Of a DNA stretch of 32,000 bases, positions 1-8,421 are shown one piece after another; the first letter of the stretch is position 1; each line of letters begins with the position of its first letter. The stretch is from an archaeon. Its GTDB lineage: Archaea > Iainarchaeota > Iainarchaeia > Iainarchaeales > 1-14-0-10-31-34. The notes beneath the pieces are model-generated. The model ran no database searches. It saw nothing but the letters and a program-made list of their open reading frames with translations, and had not been told where the DNA came from. The stretch lies in assembly GCA_024277355.1 (NCBI GenBank), contig JAJRVL010000011.1, positions 30,001 through 62,000 of the forward strand, read 5' to 3'. The position numbers and the translations under genes are program-made.

Positions 1-1
1 T

Positions 2-226
2 GATTTAGTGTTTTTACTTAGAACTAAATCTGAATTACTGGAAAAAAGACTGAAAAAAAGAGATTATTCTGAAGTAAAGATTCTGGATAATGTTTTCTGT
101 GAAAAAACAGGTTATTGCAAAGAAAAATCACTTAAAAATTACAAAAAAGTGATTGAAATAAAAAACGAGAAAACTTTAAACAGTTCCATACAAAAAATAA
201 TTAAAAAAATAAAGGGGAAAAAATGA
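2..226 (+). CDS. 3' fragment of a Fap7/AK6-like adenylate-kinase-type NTPase (5' end outside window)
   Basis: Frame is open from nt 2, with no stop before the GTG listed at 8. The tail SELLEKRLKKRDYSEVKILDNVFCE resembles the RL..RGYS..KI.ENVEAE segment of archaeal Fap7/AK6 proteins as I recall them. The stop overlaps the next start (ATGA at 223-226). Confidence 0.4.
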   Translation, partial: DLVFLLRTKSELLEKRLKKRDYSEVKILDNVFCEKTGYCKEKSLKNYKKVIEIKNEKTLNSSIQKIIKKIKGKK

Positions 227-1365
227 AGAAAATTGTTTTTATTTTAGTTTTATTGATGTTAAGTTTTGTTAATGCTGAAACCATTAAAGAGGAAACTTTT
301 GCTTTGATTGGTTATTCAGATTTTTTAGTTGAAGGAACAAACCAAAAACAATGCAATGAAGTTATTTTTTATGATGAGTTTAATGGAGAAGAATTCACAA
401 TAATTTCAATTCATTCTGAATTTGTCCCAAAAATCAAAGGAGAAGCAAATATTACTGTTCACTTAAACAATGAATTAATTTCAGTTATTGATTCAGAAAC
501 TGAATTCGGAAGAATTATAATTAAAAAAGAAAAATTAAAGGAAAAAAACATAATTAAATTATGTGCTTTTACTTCTGATGCAATAACAAAAATTTCAGTT
601 AAAGATGATTCAACAATAGGGAATTACAAAACAGCTTTTTTTCCTGAAGGAAGCCTTACAAAAAAAGTTTTATCTGAAGAAATAATTATAGGAAAAGAAA
701 TTACAATTAAGACTTCATTAAAGAATTATGGGAACGAAAAAACTTCCATTGAAATCATTGACGGAGATGCAGATAGGGAAGACATTGAATTAATCAAAGG
801 AAAAAGTTCATTTAAAGGAGAAATTCTTTCAGGAGAAGAAATTTCATTTGAATACACTTACAGATTAAAAGATGAAAGAACAAGAATTCTTCCTAATGCA
901 AAAGCTTACTATTTGAATGAATTCGGAGAAAAAAAAGAAATTGAATCCAACTACCCTGAAATATTTCCTTTAACAAAACAGGCATTAGAACCAATAATAA
1001 TGCTGAAAAAACAAATTAATTTTATTGGAGAAGAAAGCGAAATAGAAATTGTAATAATAAACAATTCAGAAAATACAGTTTATAATGCAGAAATCAAATT
1101 AATTTCTGAAGTTATTACCGGTGAAAAAACAACTGAATTTGAATCAATCCAGCCAAAAGAAACAGTTTACTTTAAAACAAAAGCAAAATCTAATTCAGCA
1201 GGAGAATTTGAATTAAAATGCGAATTAAGTTACGGCAAAGAAAAAACTTTATGCGATAAAACAACAATCCTGTTTGAAGAAAACACAATAGACCAAAAAC
1301 TGATTATTGGAAGTGTAATGGTTTTAATTGGAATAATAATTTACAGTTACCTTTATTTAAGATAA
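223..1365 (+). CDS. Secreted, C-terminally membrane-anchored surface protein with CARDB/DUF11-like beta-sandwich segments
   Basis: N-terminal signal-like stretch MKKIVFILVLLMLSFVNA and C-terminal TM helix LIIGSVMVLIGIIIYSYLYL. Internal segments ITIKTSLKNYGNEKTSIEIID and IEIVIINNSENTVYNAEIKL have the alternating pattern typical of CARDB-type adhesion domains. Confidence 0.6.
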   Translation: MKKIVFILVLLMLSFVNAETIKEETFALIGYSDFLVEGTNQKQCNEVIFYDEFNGEEFTIISIHSEFVPKIKGEANITVHLNNELISVIDSETEFGRIIIKKEKLKEKNIIKLCAFTSDAITKISVKDDSTIGNYKTAFFPEGSLTKKVLSEEIIIGKEITIKTSLKNYGNEKTSIEIIDGDADREDIELIKGKSSFKGEILSGEEISFEYTYRLKDERTRILPNAKAYYLNEFGEKKEIESNYPEIFPLTKQALEPIIMLKKQINFIGEESEIEIVIINNSENTVYNAEIKLISEVITGEKTTEFESIQPKETVYFKTKAKSNSAGEFELKCELSYGKEKTLCDKTTILFEENTIDQKLIIGSVMVLIGIIIYSYLYLR

Positions 1366-2190
1366 ATTATTTACACATCTGTTTTTCATTAAAGAATCAG
1401 AAATCATATTGCATAAACTTATGTCTTTATTTTTTTCTGCAATTCTTGTAATGCAGTCATATTTAATTGAAGGTAAAGAAAAAGCAGTGCATAAATCTGC
1501 ATTGCCTATTGATAAAGCAGCATTAAACTTGCAGGTTTCTGTTGCACTTCCTTTAATTAAACTGCATATTTCCAGGTCTTTTTCCTGTGCAGCTAATTCA
1601 ATTAAACAGGAATTTTGTTCTATTGATTCAGAAAGAGTACTGCAAATGCTTGGATCAGAAGCATTTAATGCAATTTCCTTAATACAGGAAGCCTGATCAA
1701 ATTTAGTTATAAGTTCACTGCATTTACTTAATTCCTGTGAAACAACCACATATTCTTTCCAGACTAGTCTTTTGCATTTCTCTGAATCAAGATTAACTAA
1801 CTCCTCACATAAAATATCCTTATTTGATTCAATTGCTAATTTTTGTAAACATTCATCTTTTTCCTGAATTAAAGTTTTATCCATGCATGATTCATATTTT
1901 TCTTCAGGAGTTAAAGGAATTTCTTCCTGGATACAATCTTCTTCTGAAGCAACAATACTTCCATCAGGACAAGTAAAAGTTTTTTCTTCAGTTGTTTTGG
2001 TTAATCCAGGCAAAAGCATTACAAGCAGAACAATTATTACTAAAACAATTCCTCCAACTAAAAATAAATTAGAATTATTTGCTTTAGTAACAGATTTAGA
2101 AGGATTTGTTTTCTGAACAATTTTGCTTTTTTGATTTTGAACAGGATTACTGCTTTTTGCTTGAACTGGTTTCTTTACTTTGTTTTCCAT
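1357..2190 (-). CDS. N-terminally membrane-anchored protein with about six tandem two-cysteine repeats
   Basis: 277-aa ORF with a Lys/Asn/Ser-rich N-terminus and one TM helix (LFLVGGIVLVIIVLLVMLLPGL). The ectodomain has cysteines spaced alternately about 11 and about 13 residues apart. A BRE/TATA-like box lies about 25-32 nt upstream of the ATG. Confidence 0.6.
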   Translation of the reverse strand: MENKVKKPVQAKSSNPVQNQKSKIVQKTNPSKSVTKANNSNLFLVGGIVLVIIVLLVMLLPGLTKTTEEKTFTCPDGSIVASEEDCIQEEIPLTPEEKYESCMDKTLIQEKDECLQKLAIESNKDILCEELVNLDSEKCKRLVWKEYVVVSQELSKCSELITKFDQASCIKEIALNASDPSICSTLSESIEQNSCLIELAAQEKDLEICSLIKGSATETCKFNAALSIGNADLCTAFSLPSIKYDCITRIAEKNKDISLCNMISDSLMKNRCVNNLS

Positions 2191-2213
2191 AGCAGTAATT
2201 ATTGAATTAACTT

Positions 2214-2228
2214 TTATTTAAACCTTTT
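2214..2228 (-). promoter_or_regulatory. BRE/TATA-like box (minus strand AAAAGGTTTAAATAA)
   Basis: A purine-rich BRE-like AAAAGG is followed by TTTAAATA, 25-32 nt upstream of the ATG at 2190. Confidence 0.45.
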
Positions 2229-2244
2229 TAATCAGGAATTCATC

Positions 2245-5133
2245 TTAATTGCTTGAAATCTTTCTTTTAGGTTTTTTTCTTTTCTTTTTTGGTTTTCTGA
2301 ATTTTCTAAACAAGACAAAAAAAATCACTCCAAACAAAGGATAAACTTGAAAAGGCAGTTCAATTAAAGGCAAAGAAAAAAAACCCGTTGAATTTATTTC
2401 CTGTAAAACAAAAGACTCATTAATTGAATCAACATATTTCCCTTTATTAAATAATTTTTTTGCAGAAGAAATGTTTTTGCCTGATAATTTAGCTGCCAGC
2501 AAAAAAACTTTTGCATCTTCTTTCATTTTATTTAAAGAAAAAACAAGTTCTTCTTCTATTCCATTTAAATTTTTTTCAAAATCAGCTAAATCCTGTTCTG
2601 CTGAAATCAAATACTCAAAAGAATTATTATCTGAATCAAAAAAAAATTTAAGTTCATTAAAAGAATTATTTAACTGTAAAAGTCTTTTTTTTGTTATTGG
2701 AGGGAGATAAACTTCACTTTCAGACAAAGCAGTATTTAGTTCTGGGAAAATGTCTTTAATTTCAGTTTTTTTTTCATTTAAAAAAAACTGTTTTTCTTTT
2801 AAAAATTTCTTTTTTTTCTGAATTTTTTCATTAACTGATTTATTTAAATCCTTAATTTCTTCATAAAAGATTAATTCATTTAAATCAGATAAATCTTCTT
2901 TTGTTTCAGGGAATTGTATTTGCCTTAGCCTTATACCCTGTTGTTTTTCATTAAATTCAATAAATAAACCGTTTTTTGGAATACAAGAAGTAACCGCTCT
3001 TAGCTGATTTCCTTCTTTTACGATTTCTTTAATGCAGGAATCAGTAAAAATTATGTCCTCTGAATTTCCAGGAAAAATAAAAGAAAACTCTGAATTAATT
3101 TCTTCATTTAAAGGATTAGGAAAAAAAAGTTCTTTTTTATCTGAAACTGTTTTAGATAATCGTTTTGCTGAAAGGAATTTTTCCAGTGAAGAAACAAAAA
3201 AAGAATTAATTTTATAATTAAATTTTTTTAAACCAGTTAATTCTTCTGAAGAAAATTCAAGAAAATCAAAATCCAGTTTATCTGAAGAAAAATGAGATGA
3301 AATTTTAGTTAGTTTTTCATTAAAAGCAGTTGTCTCTTTTGGAGAAAAAAAAGCAGGATAAAGCTTTGATAAAAAAGAAATTTTAGATAAAAGGTTTTTT
3401 GATTTAAAAAAAAGTAAATTAACTTCAGTTATTTCCTTGTCATTTAAATAAAGGTATTTTAGTATTCTTTCTTTTAATTCAGAACAGGAGTCGTAAAGAT
3501 AAGAATAATGGATTTTTTTCATTGATTTTAATGAATAAAAAGCATCAACAAAAGGAGAAAGGTTTTTGGCATAAAAAATTCTTTCAAGCGAATCAACACA
3601 TTGATTTAATGATTTTTCTGACTTCAGAAAAAATTTTTCCTGATTTTCTAAAGCAGCAGAAAGTTTTTCATTTAACAAAATTGCGTCTTTGCAGTAAAAG
3701 AGTTTTTCTTTTTTAAGTGCTTTTTCAAAAGAAGAAATTTTAACCGCAGTCCTTAAAGCAATAAAATTTATTTCAGCTGGTTTTTCAGAGAAATTAGTTT
3801 TAGTTAAATCATCTTCAATTGATTTAATTTTTGAATCGCATAAAACATTTAATTCATCAAATAATTCAACTGAATAAAAAGCAATATCTTCTTTAAGAAA
3901 AACAATTTCAGAGTTTAATTTTTTCAATGAATTAGTTTTTTTTCCCAAAGAAATTTTATTAAAATATTCTTTTTCAATTAATTCATTAAACTGCCTTTTT
4001 GACAGTAAAAGTTTTTCTTTTGATTCAGAAACAAAATCTTCAATTTCATAAACTTCATGCTGTTTTTCAGAAATAAATGTGTTTTCAAGTTCTTCAAATA
4101 AAAAACTTAAAACATTTGAATCAAATTTATTCAAAGAAGAAAGAGATAATTCATCTAATTCAACAGAGATTTGGTTAATATTAAATTTAATTTCGGCTGA
4201 AATTTCTTTATTCCTCTGATTTAAAGCAGTTTTATGTTCTGAAATATCTGAAACTAATCCAGAAAATTCAAATGCAACAGAATTTTCAGGAGACGCAAAA
4301 TCTCCAAATAAATTGAATAATTCATTTGTAGGCATTGAATTCAAAAGTTTAACACTTCTTTCCAAATCCACAAAATCAAACAAAAAAGAAAGAACAGAAG
4401 AAAAAGTTTTTTTCAGCAAAGGAACATAAAATTTTTTTGATTTAATTAAATTTAATGCATCTTTCTGATAAAAGCTAATTAAATCATTTGAAGTGAATTC
4501 ATTTAAATACAAAGAATAAAATCCTGCTTTAGAAGAAAATTCATTGAAATTCCTTGAAGCAGTAAAATAACGTGAAACAAAAGAATCAGATGTCTTGTTT
4601 ACTTCAGGAGTTGAAAGTTCATTTAAATTCTGGTTTAATAAAATAAAATCATCAAATAACTCTTCTTCTGGAATTAATTCAATTTGCTGTTTGTCAAGGA
4701 AATTTTTTTCAATTAAAATAAAAGAAAAAGCATTAAGATTTGCTTTGTCTGTAAACTCAAACGCTTTTTCTAAAGAAAAAGCTAATTCATTTGTTTTTTC
4801 AGGAAGGAAAGAGAAATTATTGTTTTGACATAACTGGTTTATTTGTTTGACAAGAGAAAGAGATTTATTAAAATAAAGCCAAGAAGAAGCCAAATTGTTT
4901 TTATAAGAATTTAAGTTGTCTGCTGATTCAAAAGAAAAGTTATTAGGAAAAACAAACAATTGTTTTTCAACTTTATTAAAGCAGTCTTCTTGTGAACTGC
5001 ATTTAGGTATTTTCTGGAAAGAATAAGAAGTTAAAGAAAGACACGCAGATTTGTATTCAAATTGTTTTTCCTGAGAAATGCATCCTGAAAAAAAAAGTAA
5101 AACAAAAAATAAAGCTAAAATTTTTAGTTTCAT
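2245..5133 (-). CDS. Large (962 aa) lipobox-type surface protein with C-terminal TM anchor and polybasic tail; family not recognised
   Basis: Long uninterrupted ORF. The N-terminus MKLKILALFFVLLFFSGCIS is a signal plus a lipobox-like SGC. The C-terminus has a TM helix (PLFGVIFFVLF) followed by RKFRKPKKKRKKPKRK. All overlapping + strand ORFs are short and low-complexity. Confidence 0.6.
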   Translation of the reverse strand: MKLKILALFFVLLFFSGCISQEKQFEYKSACLSLTSYSFQKIPKCSSQEDCFNKVEKQLFVFPNNFSFESADNLNSYKNNLASSWLYFNKSLSLVKQINQLCQNNNFSFLPEKTNELAFSLEKAFEFTDKANLNAFSFILIEKNFLDKQQIELIPEEELFDDFILLNQNLNELSTPEVNKTSDSFVSRYFTASRNFNEFSSKAGFYSLYLNEFTSNDLISFYQKDALNLIKSKKFYVPLLKKTFSSVLSFLFDFVDLERSVKLLNSMPTNELFNLFGDFASPENSVAFEFSGLVSDISEHKTALNQRNKEISAEIKFNINQISVELDELSLSSLNKFDSNVLSFLFEELENTFISEKQHEVYEIEDFVSESKEKLLLSKRQFNELIEKEYFNKISLGKKTNSLKKLNSEIVFLKEDIAFYSVELFDELNVLCDSKIKSIEDDLTKTNFSEKPAEINFIALRTAVKISSFEKALKKEKLFYCKDAILLNEKLSAALENQEKFFLKSEKSLNQCVDSLERIFYAKNLSPFVDAFYSLKSMKKIHYSYLYDSCSELKERILKYLYLNDKEITEVNLLFFKSKNLLSKISFLSKLYPAFFSPKETTAFNEKLTKISSHFSSDKLDFDFLEFSSEELTGLKKFNYKINSFFVSSLEKFLSAKRLSKTVSDKKELFFPNPLNEEINSEFSFIFPGNSEDIIFTDSCIKEIVKEGNQLRAVTSCIPKNGLFIEFNEKQQGIRLRQIQFPETKEDLSDLNELIFYEEIKDLNKSVNEKIQKKKKFLKEKQFFLNEKKTEIKDIFPELNTALSESEVYLPPITKKRLLQLNNSFNELKFFFDSDNNSFEYLISAEQDLADFEKNLNGIEEELVFSLNKMKEDAKVFLLAAKLSGKNISSAKKLFNKGKYVDSINESFVLQEINSTGFFSLPLIELPFQVYPLFGVIFFVLFRKFRKPKKKRKKPKRKISSN

Positions 5134-5220
5134 TCCTGAATTCTTTTTGAAAACAAATAAAAAGAATTTTACACGTTAATTGACGAAAAACAATTAATTG
5201 TTTTATTGCATAAAGTATTT

Positions 5221-5781
5221 ATGGCAAAACTTTCACAAAAACAAGGAAAAGAATTAATTAAATTAGCAAGAAAAAGCATTAAGTATTTTCTTGCTTCAGG
5301 ACAAATAATGAAAGAAATTTCTCCGGAAGAATTCTCTGAAAAACAAGGAGTGTTTGTTACATTACATAACAAAAAAGGAGAATTAAGAGGCTGTGTTGGT
5401 TTTCCTTACCCAATACTTCCTTTATGGAATGCAGTAATTGAAGCAGGCGTTTCAGCTGGATTTAATGATTCAAGGTTTAATCAACTAACATTAAAAGAAC
5501 TTGAAGAAATTAAAATTGAAATTTCTGTTTTAAGTGTTCCGGAAGAAATTACAGAAAAAAAAGAATTAATTCCAGAAAAAATTGAAACAGGAAAAGATGG
5601 TTTAATTGTAAAAATTAATAATCAATCAGGTTTACTTCTGCCTCAGGTGGCAGAAGAAATGAAATGGAATTCAGAAATATTCTTGGAACAAACTTGTGTT
5701 AAAGCAGGATTAAACAAAGAAAACTGGAAAGAAAAAGAATGTAAAATATTTAAGTTTCAGGCGCAAATATTTAATGAATAA
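5221..5781 (+). CDS. AMMECR1 domain protein
   Basis: Hallmark AMMECR1 motif ELRGCVGFPYP and overall length match the family. ATG at 5221 (MAKLSQKQGKELIKLARKSI) is preferred over the TTG at 5206 given by the ORF track. Confidence 0.8.
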   Translation: MAKLSQKQGKELIKLARKSIKYFLASGQIMKEISPEEFSEKQGVFVTLHNKKGELRGCVGFPYPILPLWNAVIEAGVSAGFNDSRFNQLTLKELEEIKIEISVLSVPEEITEKKELIPEKIETGKDGLIVKINNQSGLLLPQVAEEMKWNSEIFLEQTCVKAGLNKENWKEKECKIFKFQAQIFNE

Positions 5782-6039
5782 TTATGAATTAGAACAGTTT
5801 TCAGGATTAATACTATTAGATTTAATACATGAAAGATAATTTGACACTTCTTTGTCACAGATGCTTCTGCTTGATTCACAGACAGCTAATTTTGATTTAA
5901 ATGAATCAGAATTATCAAGCAAAGGCTGAACAAACATCAACTGAATTACTGCACCTAAAATTAAACCAAAAACAAAAATTAAAATTAATTTACCTGAAAT
6001 TAATGATTTCTTTTTTTTAGAAAATTCTTCTTTAGGCAT
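5782..6039 (-). CDS. Small single-pass membrane protein with four-Cys C-terminal domain
   Basis: 85-aa ORF with a basic N-terminus, a TM helix (LILIFVFGLILGAVIQLMFV) and a C-terminal region with 4 Cys. It has its own TATA-containing promoter element at 6055-6070. Confidence 0.45.
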   Translation of the reverse strand: MPKEEFSKKKKSLISGKLILIFVFGLILGAVIQLMFVQPLLDNSDSFKSKLAVCESSRSICDKEVSNYLSCIKSNSINPENCSNS

Positions 6040-6054
6040 AAACCAAATAATAGG

Positions 6055-6070
6055 TTAAACTGATATAAAA
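6055..6070 (-). promoter_or_regulatory. Archaeal TATA-containing promoter element (minus strand TTTTATATCAGTTTAA)
   Basis: The TATA TTTTATAT lies 24-31 nt upstream of the ATG at 6039, consistent with a leaderless or near-leaderless mRNA. The 16-mer is identical to that at 7681-7696. Confidence 0.55.
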
Positions 6071-6281
6071 AACTGATGTGAAAAAAAGACAAAAAGACAA
6101 TTATACATAACTAAGGTTTGGTTTTTGGACAAATAACCCGAAGATTCTTAAAAAAACAAAGAAAATTAGAAACTGAAAAAAGACTATTTTAAAAAAGACA
6201 GCTTATGTAGAGTTGTCTTAACGCAATGTTTATAAATATGTTAAGACCTTATTCATTATATTAAAATTTAAAGGTTTGAAA

Positions 6282-6548
6282 ATGTACAAATACACTGTTG
6301 CAAGGCAATTAGCTACAAAAAGAGTTATTACAAACAGAGGAGACGAAGTAGGAAAATTAACTGATTTACTAGTTAATGAATTAACCGGAGAAATCGAAAC
6401 ATTATTAGTTGAAGTTGACAGAGACAGCAAAGTAATGAGAAGAGTCGGTGCAAAAGACAGAATCATTAATATTCCTTATTCTGCAGTAACTGCAGTAAGC
6501 GACGTCTTTATTGTTGATGAAAGAGAATTAAGCGCAATAGAAGAATAA
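6282..6548 (+). CDS. PRC-barrel domain protein
   Basis: KRVITNRGDEVGKLTDLLVNELTGEIETLLVEV fits the PRC-barrel pattern (G..V.d..G..lG.v.dl.id..tG.i..lvv), and the size matches stand-alone archaeal PRC-barrel proteins. ATG at 6282 is preceded by AGGT at 6272-6275 and is preferred over TTG at 6276. Confidence 0.7.
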   Translation: MYKYTVARQLATKRVITNRGDEVGKLTDLLVNELTGEIETLLVEVDRDSKVMRRVGAKDRIINIPYSAVTAVSDVFIVDERELSAIEE

Positions 6549-6551
6549 AAC

Positions 6552-7661
6552 TTAATTTTCCCTGAAATCCAATAAAACTTTGTTTTTAGTTAAAGCAATT
6601 AACTCTATTTCTTTTTTATTTTGTTTTAAGTAACTATTAATTTTTTCTTTTATTTCTTTATCATTTAATCCTTTAGAAAAACCTTTTTTTGCTGAATCAA
6701 TTATGTCCTGAATAATTAAATTATTTGAATAAATTGTTTCTGCTTTTTTCCTGTATTCTTCTATTTCTTTTTCAAGTTTTTTTCTATGAGTTAACTGCTG
6801 TTCAAAACTATTCTGTAAGGCAATTAGTTTTTTTGGTTTTTTTTCAGGAATTCTTTGTTTAAAAAATTCTTTTGAATAAAATTCATCTAAAAAAGAATTA
6901 ACTGAATCTTTTTCTTTAAAGTCTTTAACTAAAGCTAATTTTAACGGAAGAATTAATTTTTCTTTTCCTTTTTGGATTTCAATTGGATTTGGTTCTTTTA
7001 ATAAATACATTTTTTTTATTTCATCAAAAACTTTTTTTATTTCTTTTTCAGTTATTTTTTCTTTTTTCAGTTTTAACTTAAAAAAAACTTCTTCAGCTAA
7101 AATTGATGGAATTTCAATTGACCCCATAACAGAAGAAAAAGCATTATTTTCTTTCTTTAAATTTTTCTTAAATTTTTCTGTGAATTCTTTAAAAGACATT
7201 CCTTTTGGATTAAGTTTTCCTGATTCAGGAAAAACATAAATTTGTTTTTTTTCAATTTTTCTTTTTTCTTCTTTTTTTAAGGCAGAAATAATCTCAAGAC
7301 TTTTATCTGTTAAAATAATATTCTTATTTGCAAAAAATTCAACTATAAGAAAATAATCCTGCAGTTCAAATACAACTATTCTGTCAGAATTATGCTGTTC
7401 TATTGATGAGATTTTTTTTCCTTCAATTCTTTTCCTTAAAAAAGCACCAAAACCCGAAGTCTGTTTTCTTGCATCAATCTTGTAATCAGAAAAAAACACT
7501 GCTTCAGGGAAAAGTAAAAGATTTTTTGTTCCTTGTTTTGTTCTTAATTTTAACTTGAATTTATCTGAATCAAGTTCTTGGAGTTTATTTATATAAGACT
7601 CTTTAAGTAAAGGTTTTAATTCCTGCAACAGACAAGTTAAAGTTAAATTCAATAAGTGCAT
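6552..7661 (-). CDS. NFACT-N domain protein (Rqc2/RqcH/FbpA family), short form
   Basis: The N-terminal region FGAFLRKRIEGKKISSIEQHNSDRIVVFEL...NKNIILTD is colinear with the NFACT-N core (F...LRK.IEG..I..IEQ...DRI..F......NIILTD). It is followed by a Lys/Glu coiled-coil. At 369 aa it has no room for the NFACT-R/C parts. Confidence 0.6.
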   Translation of the reverse strand: MHLLNLTLTCLLQELKPLLKESYINKLQELDSDKFKLKLRTKQGTKNLLLFPEAVFFSDYKIDARKQTSGFGAFLRKRIEGKKISSIEQHNSDRIVVFELQDYFLIVEFFANKNIILTDKSLEIISALKKEEKRKIEKKQIYVFPESGKLNPKGMSFKEFTEKFKKNLKKENNAFSSVMGSIEIPSILAEEVFFKLKLKKEKITEKEIKKVFDEIKKMYLLKEPNPIEIQKGKEKLILPLKLALVKDFKEKDSVNSFLDEFYSKEFFKQRIPEKKPKKLIALQNSFEQQLTHRKKLEKEIEEYRKKAETIYSNNLIIQDIIDSAKKGFSKGLNDKEIKEKINSYLKQNKKEIELIALTKNKVLLDFREN

Positions 7662-7680
7662 TTTAGCCCTTTTTTAGTTT

Positions 7681-7696
7681 TTAAACTGATATAAAA
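7681..7696 (-). promoter_or_regulatory. Archaeal TATA-containing promoter element (minus strand TTTTATATCAGTTTAA)
   Basis: The TATA lies 28-35 nt upstream of the ATG at 7661. The 16-mer is identical to that at 6055-6070. Confidence 0.55.
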
Positions 7697-7796
7697 CTAA
7701 ATAAAACAATAAATATAAAAAGAACAAAAACTACAAAACTACTTGTACATAATAAATATGCATAAACAATAAAATAGTTTAAGAGAGGCGGTAAAA

Positions 7797-8315
7797 TTGA
7801 AAAAAATAATCCCAATATTTTTGCTTGCAATAATTTTAATAACAGGTTGTGTATTAAATCCTGGAAAATCTGAATCTACAGGGCAAGCAATAGCTTCAAA
7901 AACAATTAATTACTCTGAAGAAATGGAAAAATCAATTTTATCTGGAACAAAATTCCCTTATCTGAAACAAATAACTCAGCCTGGTTTTACTGCAAAAGAA
8001 AACTTAATTACCGGAAACATGAATAACACTAATGGAATAAGCTATGAAGTAACTTTTAGTCCGGGAATTGCTTTTGGAAAAACAACTAAAATTATATGGC
8101 TGCAGGAAGAAGCAAAATTAAATGCTTTAAATACAAATATTATTACAATAACTCAAAAAGGAAAAACAATTACTCTAAAAAACTTCAATAAATACAACGG
8201 CAAACTTAACACTGAATTTATTTTTAGTTCAGATGGAAAATTAAACGGAATAAAAATTTACAATACACAAAAAATAACTGCAAAAGAAGTTTCAGAAATG
8301 CTTTATTTCAAATAA
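7797..8315 (+). CDS. Putative lipoprotein, function unknown
   Basis: The N-terminus MKKIIPIFLLAIILITGCVLN is a signal plus a lipobox-like TGC. The TTG start is preceded by GAGGCGGT (SD-like). Confidence 0.5.
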   Translation: MKKIIPIFLLAIILITGCVLNPGKSESTGQAIASKTINYSEEMEKSILSGTKFPYLKQITQPGFTAKENLITGNMNNTNGISYEVTFSPGIAFGKTTKIIWLQEEAKLNALNTNIITITQKGKTITLKNFNKYNGKLNTEFIFSSDGKLNGIKIYNTQKITAKEVSEMLYFK

Positions 8316-8421
8316 AAAGCATTTTTTCCTTTTTTATTTAAATTTAGTTGGCTGACTAAACAAAAAAGAATATTAAAAGTTTTCCTTAAACTAATTACTA
8401 ATACTAAAACAAGGGAAAATT

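Noticed and set aside
1409-4828. Plus-strand ORFs 1409-1696, 1883-2116, 2471-2710, 3032-3217, 3522-3716 and 4595-4828
   Set aside because: All are short and lie antisense inside long, coherent minus-strand genes. They have low-complexity translations and no start signals.
5169-6466. Minus-strand ORFs 5169-5372 and 6230-6466
   Set aside because: They overlap the AMMECR1 and PRC-barrel genes on the opposite strand, and both of those have clear family signatures. The minus-strand ORFs have no independent support.
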